DNA of 64,000 bases from Nemertoderma westbladi. Its lineage: Eukaryota > Animalia > Xenacoelomorpha. A program made the position numbers and the translations under genes. The notes beneath the pieces are model-generated. The model saw only the letters and a program-made list of their open reading frames with translations. It did no database searches and was not told the origin of the DNA. The DNA lies in contig JAUCBJ010008761.1 of NCBI GenBank assembly GCA_032718475.1, positions 11,301 to 75,300 of the forward strand. Direction: 5' to 3'. Below, in pieces: positions 50,938 to 61,743 of this stretch (positions are counted from its first letter, which is position 1; each line of letters opens with the position of its first letter).

Positions 50938-52196
50938 TGTTCGCGCTTTCAGACCTTTGGCAGTTTAACCCACCAAATTAAGATGTCTTCTAGATATTAA
51001 ATCAGTTTTTAGTCTATGACAAGTATTTGATTCACTACACTAGTCGAAACCAATCCGTGCGCGACCATTCACCCGTTGGAGATTCCCGGGAGATTGGGTT
51101 CGACGGTTTAATTTTATTGCTATGTAAGCCTAATGTATTATTCGACTGACAGTATTATATAATCTCTGACAATATTATTCACCTTCGGGAATATTAACAG
51201 TTCCTTTAGGACGTGGCGCTTTATCTATATAAACAGAGTTATGACTTAAACTACTCACAACGATATGGCTTAATTATAATTCACATATATGGCGCATTCT
51301 TTAGGAATTGCTTCTTTAACAGACTCACTCATACACAATGCTGCACAATACTGCACACTAATCTGACAATCTTCACTGATTTTAGTCACATATAAAAGGA
51401 ACACAGACTGAATCATGTAGGGTCTATCAAATAACATTAGATTCACTTCAAACCACTTTAACATAAGTCACAATCGTTTATCTGTAACCCTTCTCTCTTA
51501 CCTTCGGTATATCAAGAACATTGGGTTTCGGGGTTATTTATCGTTATTCCAAATATAATAATTCATCAACCATGTTATGAAGAACTGACGGTAAATAGCA
51601 GTATAAAACAACAATGAAAACACTGATTGTTATGAGTTTGCAATGTTTCAGCAGTCAGCATGTATAATCAGTCAGCAGTATGCAGACATCAGTCATCAGT
51701 GATTCCATGAGTCAGGTAGTTAAAGGATATATGTTCTTGTAATTAAACCTACTAGTGTAAGACTAAAAACAGTAAAGCACAAAATACTTCCAAGCCGTTC
51801 TTTCTTTGGCTCAGGACTGAATGTAAACACTGCACATAGGCATTGCGTCATTTCTCGGAAATTTTCTGTACAAGGAGCCACAAAAACGCTCTAATTGGCT
51901 GACTGAACTGAGAGACGCCGTAGAACAAAGGAAATCAACACGTATGAATGTCAGCTGTTAACCGTAGTCATAGTAACTACTGTTCAAGAGTAGCTATCAC
52001 CCCTTTGCGTCACGAATTGCCATAGAATCATAAAATATGCCTTTCACAGTACACATACGGAGGAAATAGGTCTTAGATCCTCTAAAAACACCGATACAGC
52101 AATAATACGGTCTCTTACACTTATTAAATCAACTAAAGAGTATTTTAATGTAAAAGATAATAAAAATAACGGGGCAATTCAGCAAAGGCTTTTACA
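50938..52196 (-). repeat. 5' LTR (1259 bp)
   Basis: TGTTCGCGC...GGCTTTTACA; contains the 41-bp segment (51680-51720) absent from the 3' LTR. Confidence 0.97.
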
Positions 52197-52650
52197 GCGG
52201 AAGTAGAACTGTTGATAAACTCGAGACCCCTTTGTCCTATGAACGATAATCTCAACTCAGGTGATGTGTTAACTCCAAACCATTTGCTATTTAGATGCCG
52301 TCTGCTGGGATATCCTTCTGAGATGTTCAGCGATAAAGCGTACCTAATTTCAAAGAAACAATTGGAAATATGTCAATATTTAACCGGAGTTTTTTTGGGA
52401 GAAATGGAGTGCCACATACAAGCAAACTCTTATTAACCAACAAAAATGGTTACGGCTGGTCAAGAACTTTAACATAGGGGACATTGTACTACTAGTAGAT
52501 CCAGATACTAAACACGGCCAATGGAGAATGGGTCGAATTAAAGACGTTGTTACCAGCGAAGATGGCTTAGTTCGTACAGTACATATTTGGTCAAGATTTT
52601 CAAACTTATGTCGACCGATAAATAAAATCTGCCGGTTAGAACTGGATTTT
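52197..52650 (+). pseudogene. Integrase C-terminus/DUF5641-like region of an older, different BEL/Pao element
   Basis: AEVELLINSRPLCP...VLTPNHLL, then after a frameshift QKW...GDIVLLVD....GQWRMGRI..V..SEDGLVRTV...RPINKICRLE. It starts exactly at the LTR edge. Confidence 0.9.
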
Positions 52651-53131
52651 GGTGATAGCAGGGGGGGGGGGGGGGGGGGTGAAAATACCCCTCCCCCCCC
52701 CCCCCCCCGCTACAGAATAATTTTCCAGAGATATTACACACAGGGAGGACACTGGATCTGAGAAACCAATAGGAATGCAGAAGAGGCAGAGATGGAAAGT
52801 ATCTCAATGACAGGCATTCAGCCAATCAGCAGAGACAACATCGATGCTTCCCTCCTGTATATACCTTATAATGAGCCTATGGCAAAATTCACAAACCCAT
52901 TCCATAACGGTTCAGATAGATGAATGCGAACTTTATGAATAGATGAATGCATAAATCCGCTAGGCCTCTTTTTAACGTTTTTATTTCAACCTGCTGATGG
53001 GTTGGCCCATTCTCACTGTATCGTACTGTATTAGTGAGGTTTGAGTCGTTATCTGCCTAGCATTGGAATATTACGTTATAGGGAGGGAGGGGCCATTATA
53101 TGGTCAAGTTGTTACCCCCTGTGTATGTGAT

Positions 53132-56050
53132 ATGGAGGCCTCAAAGGAGTTGGGTGAAGAGGCCCTGCAGATTATAAACGAACTTAATGGGATAATAAAA
53201 GAACTGACACCCAACCTGGAAAATCCTTAAAGAACAGGAACGCGAGAGGGAAAAGGAAATAATACGACATAACCTACACGGTGGTCCCCCACAGGCCGAT
53301 ATGCAACAACAGTATATCGGCATAGTAAAGTTCAATCCCGGGTCAGGGGGTTATAGGCCCTGTAGAGGAACAAGAGGAAGCGCAACCCTCCCTCGTACAG
53401 ATTAGCACCAGTTATGGGGCGAATGCTGGTCTTCGACTTCTCGAAAACCCAACGGGATGTTATAAGGGGAAATGCCTCGCGGAAACTGTAACCAGACTGC
53501 TGATGACAGGTAAAATAATAAAAATCGGTTCAGGAATCGGCGCAGACCTCCTACGTGACTTTAGCAAAGATTCTGTCTCCCCCATAACCCCAGTGGTGGA
53601 TGTGCAGAAACTAGTCTATACCTCGATTAAAACTGGACTTTACAGTCAAGAAATGGTTGACCTGGCAGCCCCCCGGGATGATGATATTAACCCGGACGAC
53701 TACAAAGTTGGTACAGGGATGATGGCATATATCCTAGGGGGGGAGCACATGAAACCTCACCACGGGAGTAAAACATCCACTGCCAGACAGAAATACGGTC
53801 ATAAATACCACGGTCACCAACCTTCCATCTGGGAAGATGAACTCCGGTCACTTTGGAAAATATATGATATGAGTAAAATGCCCAAGATGACACATCACCA
53901 AGCATATTACTTACAAACTGAAAGTCTAGTACTGGGCGGCATCGTATTCCGATTCATCAGGGATATGGTGTTAATACACCCCGAGCATTTTGACATCCTG
54001 AACAACGAAACCAGAAAACACCTCGCTTCCTCCATCCTACGCAGCTTCGTGGGCTATGAGACCTTGGCGCAATGGAAAGTGTTGCCTGTCCGGGAGAGCA
54101 AGAGTGACATCTGGGACATCGCAGAGAACAAAATAGCATTAGTGTCACAACAACTAGTGTATAACGAACCAGCAGTAACCAACACGGTCAGACATTCAGT
54201 CCTTGGACTTAGGCCCATACAACCTAAACCTAAATACATCACGATAAAACCGGATCCAAAATCAAATCGTGACTCAGGGCAGTACGTGGTACAGCAATCG
54301 GCGTGTACCTGAATAGCTGCTATCCGAGCCTCCCGTGGTGAGAGCTCTGACAATACGGAGGTTAGAAGGGAACCAAAATCTTCTAAGAGATGTCACGATG
54401 ACATCTTGTTAGAAGAGGAAAACCTCCCATCTACTTGCGCTGCCCCACAACAGTCGTCTAAATGACATCGAACACGCAGGCCAGAGGTTCAGCCACCGTG
54501 GGAACCGGATGCTCACCCCATAACCTCTATTCAACGGACTATAACCCGAGAATTACCATGGAAGGCGCCAGAAAGCATTGTACCCGCTGGTTTGCATTGA
54601 TCGGACTTACAAAGAATAAGTGCATCACCAGAACTCGATATTTACTACGATATTCCGGAACACTACGGATTCTCTGAAGTAAACTTTCCGGTCCCAGGCT
54701 ATACGCCTAAAGTACCAGACCAATATAAACTGGACATCGGCGGAAACGATACCTGGGTTCCTCCGCCGTCATTCTAGAAAACTTCATCTATCCGCAACCG
54801 AAAAGACTAGCCGACGGTACTGGTATAAATAGAGACTACACAGAATCAACGAATCCTATCAATATCCGAACTACCTTTAACGCGTTCCAAGTCACGGTCA
54901 CCCAACCAGTCGAGTGGGAAGATGAAGTTACCAACCTTCAACTCCCCATGGAGAAGAGCAAAGAAAAGGACTCAAAGTTACATCAAACTATACAAGGAAA
55001 AATCCATAAAACAAAAGAAACTCGATTGTCAAAGCTAAACAAGATATATAAAACGCAGATGACAGAAGGGGTCGCTCAGAAGTCCCTTATGGTTCGCAGA
55101 ACACTCTGTAAACTGAATATGTTGATTCCGCTTCCCCTCAGTCGATATTGCACCTTTTGCGGCAATGGGGAAAACTTCTGTAAACCACCAGGTGCGGAAC
55201 CCCATCAAATGGGAAAACCTGAAGTGAAAATCCCTGGCGTGTGTACCTCGGAGAAGTTGGGTATGGTTCCTTTCTGCTCATGGTGTAAGACAACACCGCC
55301 TTCTGCCCCAATATGCTTACCCAGTGCGAAAGTTGCACGCTGTGTGGTCAACACTCGAAGGCTATAGCCACTAAAAACCGAGATTGTTGGGCCGACCTAC
55401 CGATAACAGAACAAATATGTCGATATGAGGAACTTGAATATCTCGCGAATCTCCACTCATAACTCAAATGGAGAGTAGAGAAGGCGGGAACAAACGAACG
55501 ATACAATATTAGACACAGCATCTTTACCTTTCCTATTAACCCTTGTAACTTCGCAATGAGACGATACGATACACCTGATCAATATCGTTTCACTTACAAA
55601 GCGCCCAAGCGTAAAGCAACACACCCTGAAGTCAGGCCGATAGCCGTACAAACCTGGCTACAACAATAAATACCAGGACAACCCTGGGTTTGGTTGACCG
55701 ACGGGACAGCGACGGATTGGGAAATGAACTATATTCCCCATCCTGGGGCCGTGATCCCTGCGGATACCGGAAGTCGAAATCGGAATCGGCAGTTCCTTCT
55801 ATAGGGTATCCAAAGAAAAACTGATACTCCCGACCTAGAATGGGCCAATCTTCTCGAGTCGGACGATATGGAGGAGGGATAGAGGCTTGCGTCCCGAGCC
55901 GCACCAAGGTTACAGGGCCCATTCCTTTCCTCAGAAGGGTTTTGGGTTTATGTGATGTCGGAGCGAGGAGGGGAGCAAGCTATGGGGGGGAGCTACAGGA
56001 TCCCCTCGAAGCGCGTCAGCCGATGATCGATACGATTCTCTCTCGATAAA
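53132..56050 (+). pseudogene. Decayed second long ORF (~950 codons) of the older BEL/Pao element, between pol and PPT
   Basis: Protein-like reading can be followed from MEASKELGEEALQII (53132) through ORF 53503-54312, past in-frame TGA at 54310, 54463 and 54598, and through ORF 54948-55367 and beyond, using several frameshifts. Cys/His cluster at ~55145-55390. Confidence 0.6.
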
Positions 56051-56613
56051 CTATAGAGACAAACTCTTATCGAAGGAAGTCAAACTCATTATCGTTAATA
56101 AAGACCCACGGCTCCGCTTTACCTCGAAATCAAACTCGATAAACCTAATGATGGGAGTAAAGATCAGCCCCAACTTGACTTTCTGAACTCATTCGGCATT
56201 ATAAACTCGATAATGAGTCAGAACCCGATCACATCATATGAACTCTAGGCCGACACCATTGAACTCTAGGCCGAGTCATATTATTTAGGACCATACCTTT
56301 ATATATAAAACGGTTTGCTTCTATATAGTTCCCTACGTGGAACAAGGCAATAACAAGATTTGTCTCGTTTGTGTAAAGAAAGTTAATTTTATAATTCCGA
56401 TTTATGAATTACCTCTGGGAAAGAGATTAATTATTGTGCGGTGTATTTAAATAACTTCAAACAGAAACCGCGTATATTTTGGTCAACCTATTTTTGCAGA
56501 CACCAGAAGCTTATGCTGTGCAGTTATTTTTTTTAGGACATCAAAATATATTTTTCAAAATCTTGGCTCAAAATCTTTTCTTTTATGACTAATTTTTTTC
56601 CTAAATTTGCCTT

Positions 56614-56630
56614 GGGGGGAGTGTAATCGA
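56614..56630 (+). promoter_or_regulatory. PPT and probable start of the 3' LTR of the older BEL/Pao element
   Basis: TTGGGGGGAG followed by TGTAATCG (TG at 56622), a typical BEL PPT-LTR junction. LTR end not located. Confidence 0.6.
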
Positions 56631-57758
56631 TTTTTCGCGCCTCCATAGGCAAACATACAAAAATACACTCCTTCGGGATTCTGATTTAAAAACGAAATAA
56701 TCACTACAAGATTATTCCCATTCTTCCCTCTCCCACCGTAATATTCATCTCAGAATATACCCAATATCATGACACATCATCCCATCCCAGACATCCTTAG
56801 CCGGCCACCCAACCTGCCTTATCCACCCAACTTGGTATTACCGGCTACTCCCCTATGAGTTATTGCAATCCAATACTCATCCAATACATTTCTTATCTCT
56901 CACTGGCCCTCAGTATACCACCTACTGCCCTCACCCAATTGCAACAGGGAATAATTGATAGTCACCTTCAAAACTCTACTGTCGTGTATTCATAATCAGT
57001 TATTGGTCAGTCAATCATATAAGTGTTAAATCATATTTTTACATGGGTTGAACGTAAAATCTCTGCACAAGAAAGACAAACTAACTGTGCGTAGGTGATA
57101 ATTAGGGGTCAACTCCATATCGACCCCCCACCGGGTTTACAAAACATTTGGATAGAGAATGAGAGTCTTCCACCCCATCTGCCTTAAGTGAGCTCTGCTC
57201 CTAAAGTCAGTAAAAGTTTAGCCTTGAAGTGAGCTCTGCTCCAAAGTTGGGCGTCTTTGTTGCTGGGCCGGGCCCCTAATAAGGCTTTGCGGTCGCCAGG
57301 AAGGTAAGACGATTCCGCCTTGGTTTGAGTTTCACTGGCTAAATTAGCCTGGAGCGCTTGTGTGCCCACTTTGCCCGCTAGCTACTTAGTTCGTCCTAGG
57401 ACCAACTATTTCGTTATTGGGGGCAAAGTAGCAGCGTCTCCATAGCCCCTGGCTCTGTCAGTCTGCACTGTCCGCAGGCTATTTGGTTCATCCCAGGCTC
57501 GCCAGGATCGACTGTATAGTTTGAGGGCAAAGTTACAGCTAACCATTTGCGTCCAATCGGTCACACCCCTGTTTGGACTCGGACGGTAACCTGGTGTTCT
57601 GCACTATCGCCAAGTTCAAATAGCGTGAAGCTGCACCTTATTTCATGATTTCACTCTTATCTCATGATTAAGTGTGCAACAGCGGTATGCCTATGGAATA
57701 CCTCTATTGCGTAGCTACACATACATAAGAAACAAAATGTTCCAGAATATTATATATT

Positions 57759-57859
57759 TATTTACACCATCTATCTCCCTTAATACAACAACCATTTTTA
57801 GCAGGCAGGAGCCCCCCTCCCCCCTAAAAATGGTTGTATTAAGGGAGATGGTGTAAATA
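57759..57859. repeat. ~100-bp imperfect palindrome
   Basis: TATTTACACCATC(TATC)TCCCTTAATACAAC(AAC)CATTTTTAG ... CTAAAAATGGTTGTATTAAGGGAGATGGTGTAAATA. Confidence 0.9.
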
Positions 57860-58662
57860 GAATTAATGGCCTCCATCGAACGAGAATTCTTGCAATCTTT
57901 GAACGCCTATATTTAAACTGTTTGTTTCGAAATCAGACGAAAATCAGACATCGAACATTGTTTGTTATCGCAACGCAAGCTTTCTAATGATATAATCGCG
58001 ACCAATAATGTGATGACATTTTACATTATTTAATTTCATTATCACATTATACAGCAAGTCATTGTTTTTTGAGCCATGAAGTCTTAGCATACAATTTATT
58101 ACCGGCCAAGTACTGTAATAATAAGAAACAATACATAAGCCTAAGATATATGTAATATGCTAACAATTGGATTTTATCATTAAAAAAGATATCTGATAAA
58201 AAACTTTATACTTCATTGTTCATAAAATTAAAAATTCATAAAAATAGCGTTACGGTATGAGTGATTTTGATAATAAAACGAGGGCCTTAAAAGCTTTAAA
58301 GAGCTAATTATGAACAATGGCGAATCTAATTTTATTTATTTGTGGGGAATTATTTGTAACTATGCACTTGAACTTTCTAGAACAACCTTGTAACAGGAAA
58401 GCATCACATGCTAATTAGATAAACTTTCATCTCGTACCAAAATTAACGTAGTGGATAACGCGTCGGGTTATGAATATAAAGGCCGTTGGTTTGATTCTGT
58501 CCTATTTCAATTTTGGGGCAGTGCGAAATTAATTCCAGACAAATAAATAAAAGAGGTTGTTGACTCCGCTTCCAACTCGAGATAATGATATATAAGATAC
58601 AGTACGAGTTGCACAATAAAAAATACGCGATTCTAAATTTCTCACCCTACCCGGTTAATTGC

Positions 58663-60736
58663 GGTAGGTGCTAAAATGCACAACGAGCAACAATGAGCAA
58701 CAACGAGCAACAACGAGAAACAACGAGCAACAACGCGCAACAATGAGAAACAACGAGCAATAATAAAGTACAACTACGAGTAACAATGAGCAACAACAAG
58801 CAACAATGAGCAACAACGAGCAACAATGAGCAACAACGAACAACAATGAGCAACAACGAGCATTAATAAAGAACAACAACAAGCAACAATAAGCAACAAC
58901 GAGCAATAATGAGTAACAATGAGCAACAACGAGCAACAATGAGCAACAACGAGCAACAATGATCAACAATGAGCAACGACGAGAAACAATGAGCAACGAC
59001 GAGAAACAATGAGCAACAACGAGCAACAATAATGTACAGCAACGAGTAACAACAAGCAACAATTAGCAACAATGAGCAATAATGAGTAACAATGAGCAAC
59101 AATAAGCAACAACGAGCAACAATGAGCAACGACGAGAAACAATGAGCAACAACGAGCAACAATAATGTACAACAACGAGTAACAATGAGCAACAACGAGC
59201 AACAACAATGAGCAACAACGAGCAACAATGAGCAACAACGAGCAATAATAAAGTACAACAACGAGCAACAATGAGCAACAATGAGCAACAACGAGCAACA
59301 CCGAGCGACAATGAGCAACAACGAGCAATAATAAAGTACAACAACGAGCAAAATGAGCAACAACGAACAACAATGAGTAACAACGAGCAACAATGAGCAA
59401 CAACGAACAACAATGAGCAACAATGAGCAACAACGAGCAATAATGAGCAACAATGAGCAACAACGAGCAACAATGAGCAACAACGAGCAACAATGAGCAA
59501 CAACGAGCAACAATGAACAACAACGAGCAACAATGATACTTATGCAGTATAAGGTATCCCAGTAACCCCGAATATATATGTATGATATAAATAAATTCCC
59601 AATCAAGAACTTAATAAAAAATGCTTCCAAACCCGCAATGTCATCAAGATGGTGCACAATACTGCTATACCGGGACCGGTAGGCCTACAAATATTTATCA
59701 GTTTACCTGATTTCAGTCTATCAGTCTTGTTCCGTTCCGTTCGGCTTGTGTCGTTGAAACTTACCGGTACTAACAATACCTAATGCCTGAATGCTGGAGA
59801 TAATTTATGAATTGCCGTACAATGCGGTTTCAGGGGCCTCCCGCTCCTCAACCTATTATCTGGTTCTGACTGTCTGATGTGTACGGTTACGGTACTGTGA
59901 ACGTGAAGTGAAGTGTGAACTGGTTTTCGTATTGTTATTTTGTATGCAGTTGGACAGTGACCTGATTGCTGTGGGATGGGGTAGGCCAAGCCTATTTTTT
60001 ATTTGATTTGTTATTTAGGTTACTGGGTTAAGATTAGTCAGTTACTTGCTCAGGAGTTTTACAGGGAAGTGGCTACTGACCGGACCGGACCATCTAAATA
60101 CCGTATTGAAGCTTTATATTTGATTTATATTTTAGTTGTGTATTATTGAGCCGACCCTTGTTACCTCAGCTTTTTTGACCGGACCCATAATCTTGTAATA
60201 TGTCGTAACTTTCGTTTATTGTTTTGGTTACCACCAAAATTTATTGCTATTTTGGTTGCTCATTGTTACACGTTGTTGTACTTATGTACTTTATCATTGC
60301 TCGTTGTTGCTCATTGTTGCTCCTTGTTTTACTTTATTATTGCTCGTTGTTCTTCATTATTGCTCATTGTTGCTCCTTGTTGTACTTTATTATTGCCCAT
60401 TGTTGCTCACAGTTGCTCATTGTTGCTCGTTGTTGCTCGTTGTAGCTCATTGTAGCTCATTATTGCTTATTGTTACTCGTTGTTGTACTTTATTATTGCT
60501 CATTGTTCCTTGTTGGTGCTCATTGTTGTGCTTTATTATTGCTCTTTGTTGCTCATTGTTGCTCGTTGTTGCTCGTTGTTGGTCATTGTTGCTCGTTGTT
60601 GCTCATTGTTGCTTGTTGTTGCTCATTGTTGATCATTATTACTCGTTGTTGGTCATTGTTGCTCGTTGTTGGTCATTGTTGCTCGTTGTTGCTCATTGTT
60701 GGTCATTGTTGCTCGTTGTGCATTTTAGCACCCACC
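58663..60736. mobile_element. Foldback-type (MULE-related) element with modular 10-bp-repeat arms
   Basis: Termini GGTAGGTGCTAAAATGCACAACGAGC / GCTCGTTGTGCATTTTAGCACCCACC with an exact 9-bp TSD GTTAATTGC (58654-58662 and 60737-60745). The left arm is (AACAAYGAGC)n at ~58680-59535; the right arm is its reverse complement at ~60250-60720. Confidence 0.9.
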
Positions 60737-61062
60737 GTTAATTGCATGTGATGGGATTACAGTGTTCTACAATTTCGGCAATAAAACAGATTGGAGTAGT
60801 GTTGGTTCGGCTGTTAGTATTAAGTGTGGGCGGAAAGGAGCTCAGGAAAGGTTTTCAGAATTTGTCTTTATGCATACTGTAGTACAGTAAGTGGTATTAA
60901 AGAAATTGAAAACGCCAAAGTTTACGGTCGTTAAATACTCTATATTATTCCGGAATTATCTTATATTCTTCGTCAATCAAAAATGTTAAAACTTATGTCA
61001 ATCGATGATAATAAAACTAATTTACTTAATTAAATGCAGTTCGTTAGATGGCAGCTTTTTTG

Positions 61063-61743
61063 TTAATTACCGGTATTGCAGGTTCTTGGCACACCGCAGA
61101 ATACATTAAAAGAGGGGACGGTAAGTGGGCCCATCGGGCACTCTGATTGGCTGGCGCAATGTGAAGCCCGTCCAGGACCCCACAAACACCCCCAGCTGGA
61201 GTTGCAGGTCTGTCTGCCAGCAACCGGGGCGTTGCACCAGCTCGTCATATTGTCGGTAACCGGGCAGACGGTAGTGAGTTCCAATACTTCAGTAAACCCG
61301 CGCACAGCAGCCCTTACATCAGTTCCAGAACCGTGCGTGCCGTGTTTACACACCGTAAACGAATTCGCATCTACTTCACCGCGGTCTCCGATTACTCCAA
61401 CGGACGACATATCGTCGCAGGTGTTATTTTGGTCGCAATAAAAACGCAACATAGGAGTTATCGTATAAACATTTCCATGCGTTGCGCCTGTGCTTAGATG
61501 TGGTGGTGTACCCGATGCTACTGTGAAGTTAAACATACAATAACTTTCTGTCTCACAGATCCTTTCATTAAAGTTGTGAACATTCAAACACTGTTTGATT
61601 CCCTCATTGTAATTGATTATGTTTAAGGGAATAGAATCGAGTTGTATTCGGCACCTGAATGAGTCTTTTGGACAGATGAGTCCGCGAACTGTGGAAAATC
61701 CATAGTTAATTAAGATTACAATAATTACATCCAGATAAATCAT
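61063..61743 (-). CDS. Secreted cysteine-rich protein (16 Cys), possibly Ly6/uPAR three-finger-like
   Basis: 226-aa single-exon ORF in non-repetitive sequence. Hydrophobic N-terminus with a probable cleavage at VRG-LIC, an even Cys number with the tenth Cys in a CN motif, several N-x-S/T sequons, and no TM or GPI tail. Confidence 0.7.
   Translation of the reverse strand: MIYLDVIIVILINYGFSTVRGLICPKDSFRCRIQLDSIPLNIINYNEGIKQCLNVHNFNERICETESYCMFNFTVASGTPPHLSTGATHGNVYTITPMLRFYCDQNNTCDDMSSVGVIGDRGEVDANSFTVCKHGTHGSGTDVRAAVRGFTEVLELTTVCPVTDNMTSWCNAPVAGRQTCNSSWGCLWGPGRASHCASQSECPMGPLTVPSFNVFCGVPRTCNTGN

Larger units (their letters stand above)
36537..52196 (-). mobile_element. Full-length BEL/Pao LTR retrotransposon (15.66 kb)
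   Basis: Two TG..CA LTRs, a PPT next to the 3' LTR, and a single Gag-Pol ORF in PR-RT-RH-IN order with BEL-specific motifs. Confidence 0.97.

Noticed and set aside
36812-51464. Duplicated 60-64-aa ORFs at 36812/51213 and 36869/51270
   Set aside because: They lie in the LTRs; duplication reflects LTR identity, not coding conservation.
36532-52201. GCAGG / GCGGA as a degenerate TSD
   Set aside because: Only 3 of 5 bases match in a young element, and the flanking contexts (satellite vs integrase) are unrelated.
53300-53360. Cold-shock-domain-like YIGIVKFNP.QG in the extra ORF
   Set aside because: Too short, spans a frameshift, and lacks the GFGFI and VFVH motifs.
58655-60751. Hydrophobic Leu/Val/Cys ORFs resembling membrane proteins
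   Set aside because: Translations of the 10-bp Foldback arms.
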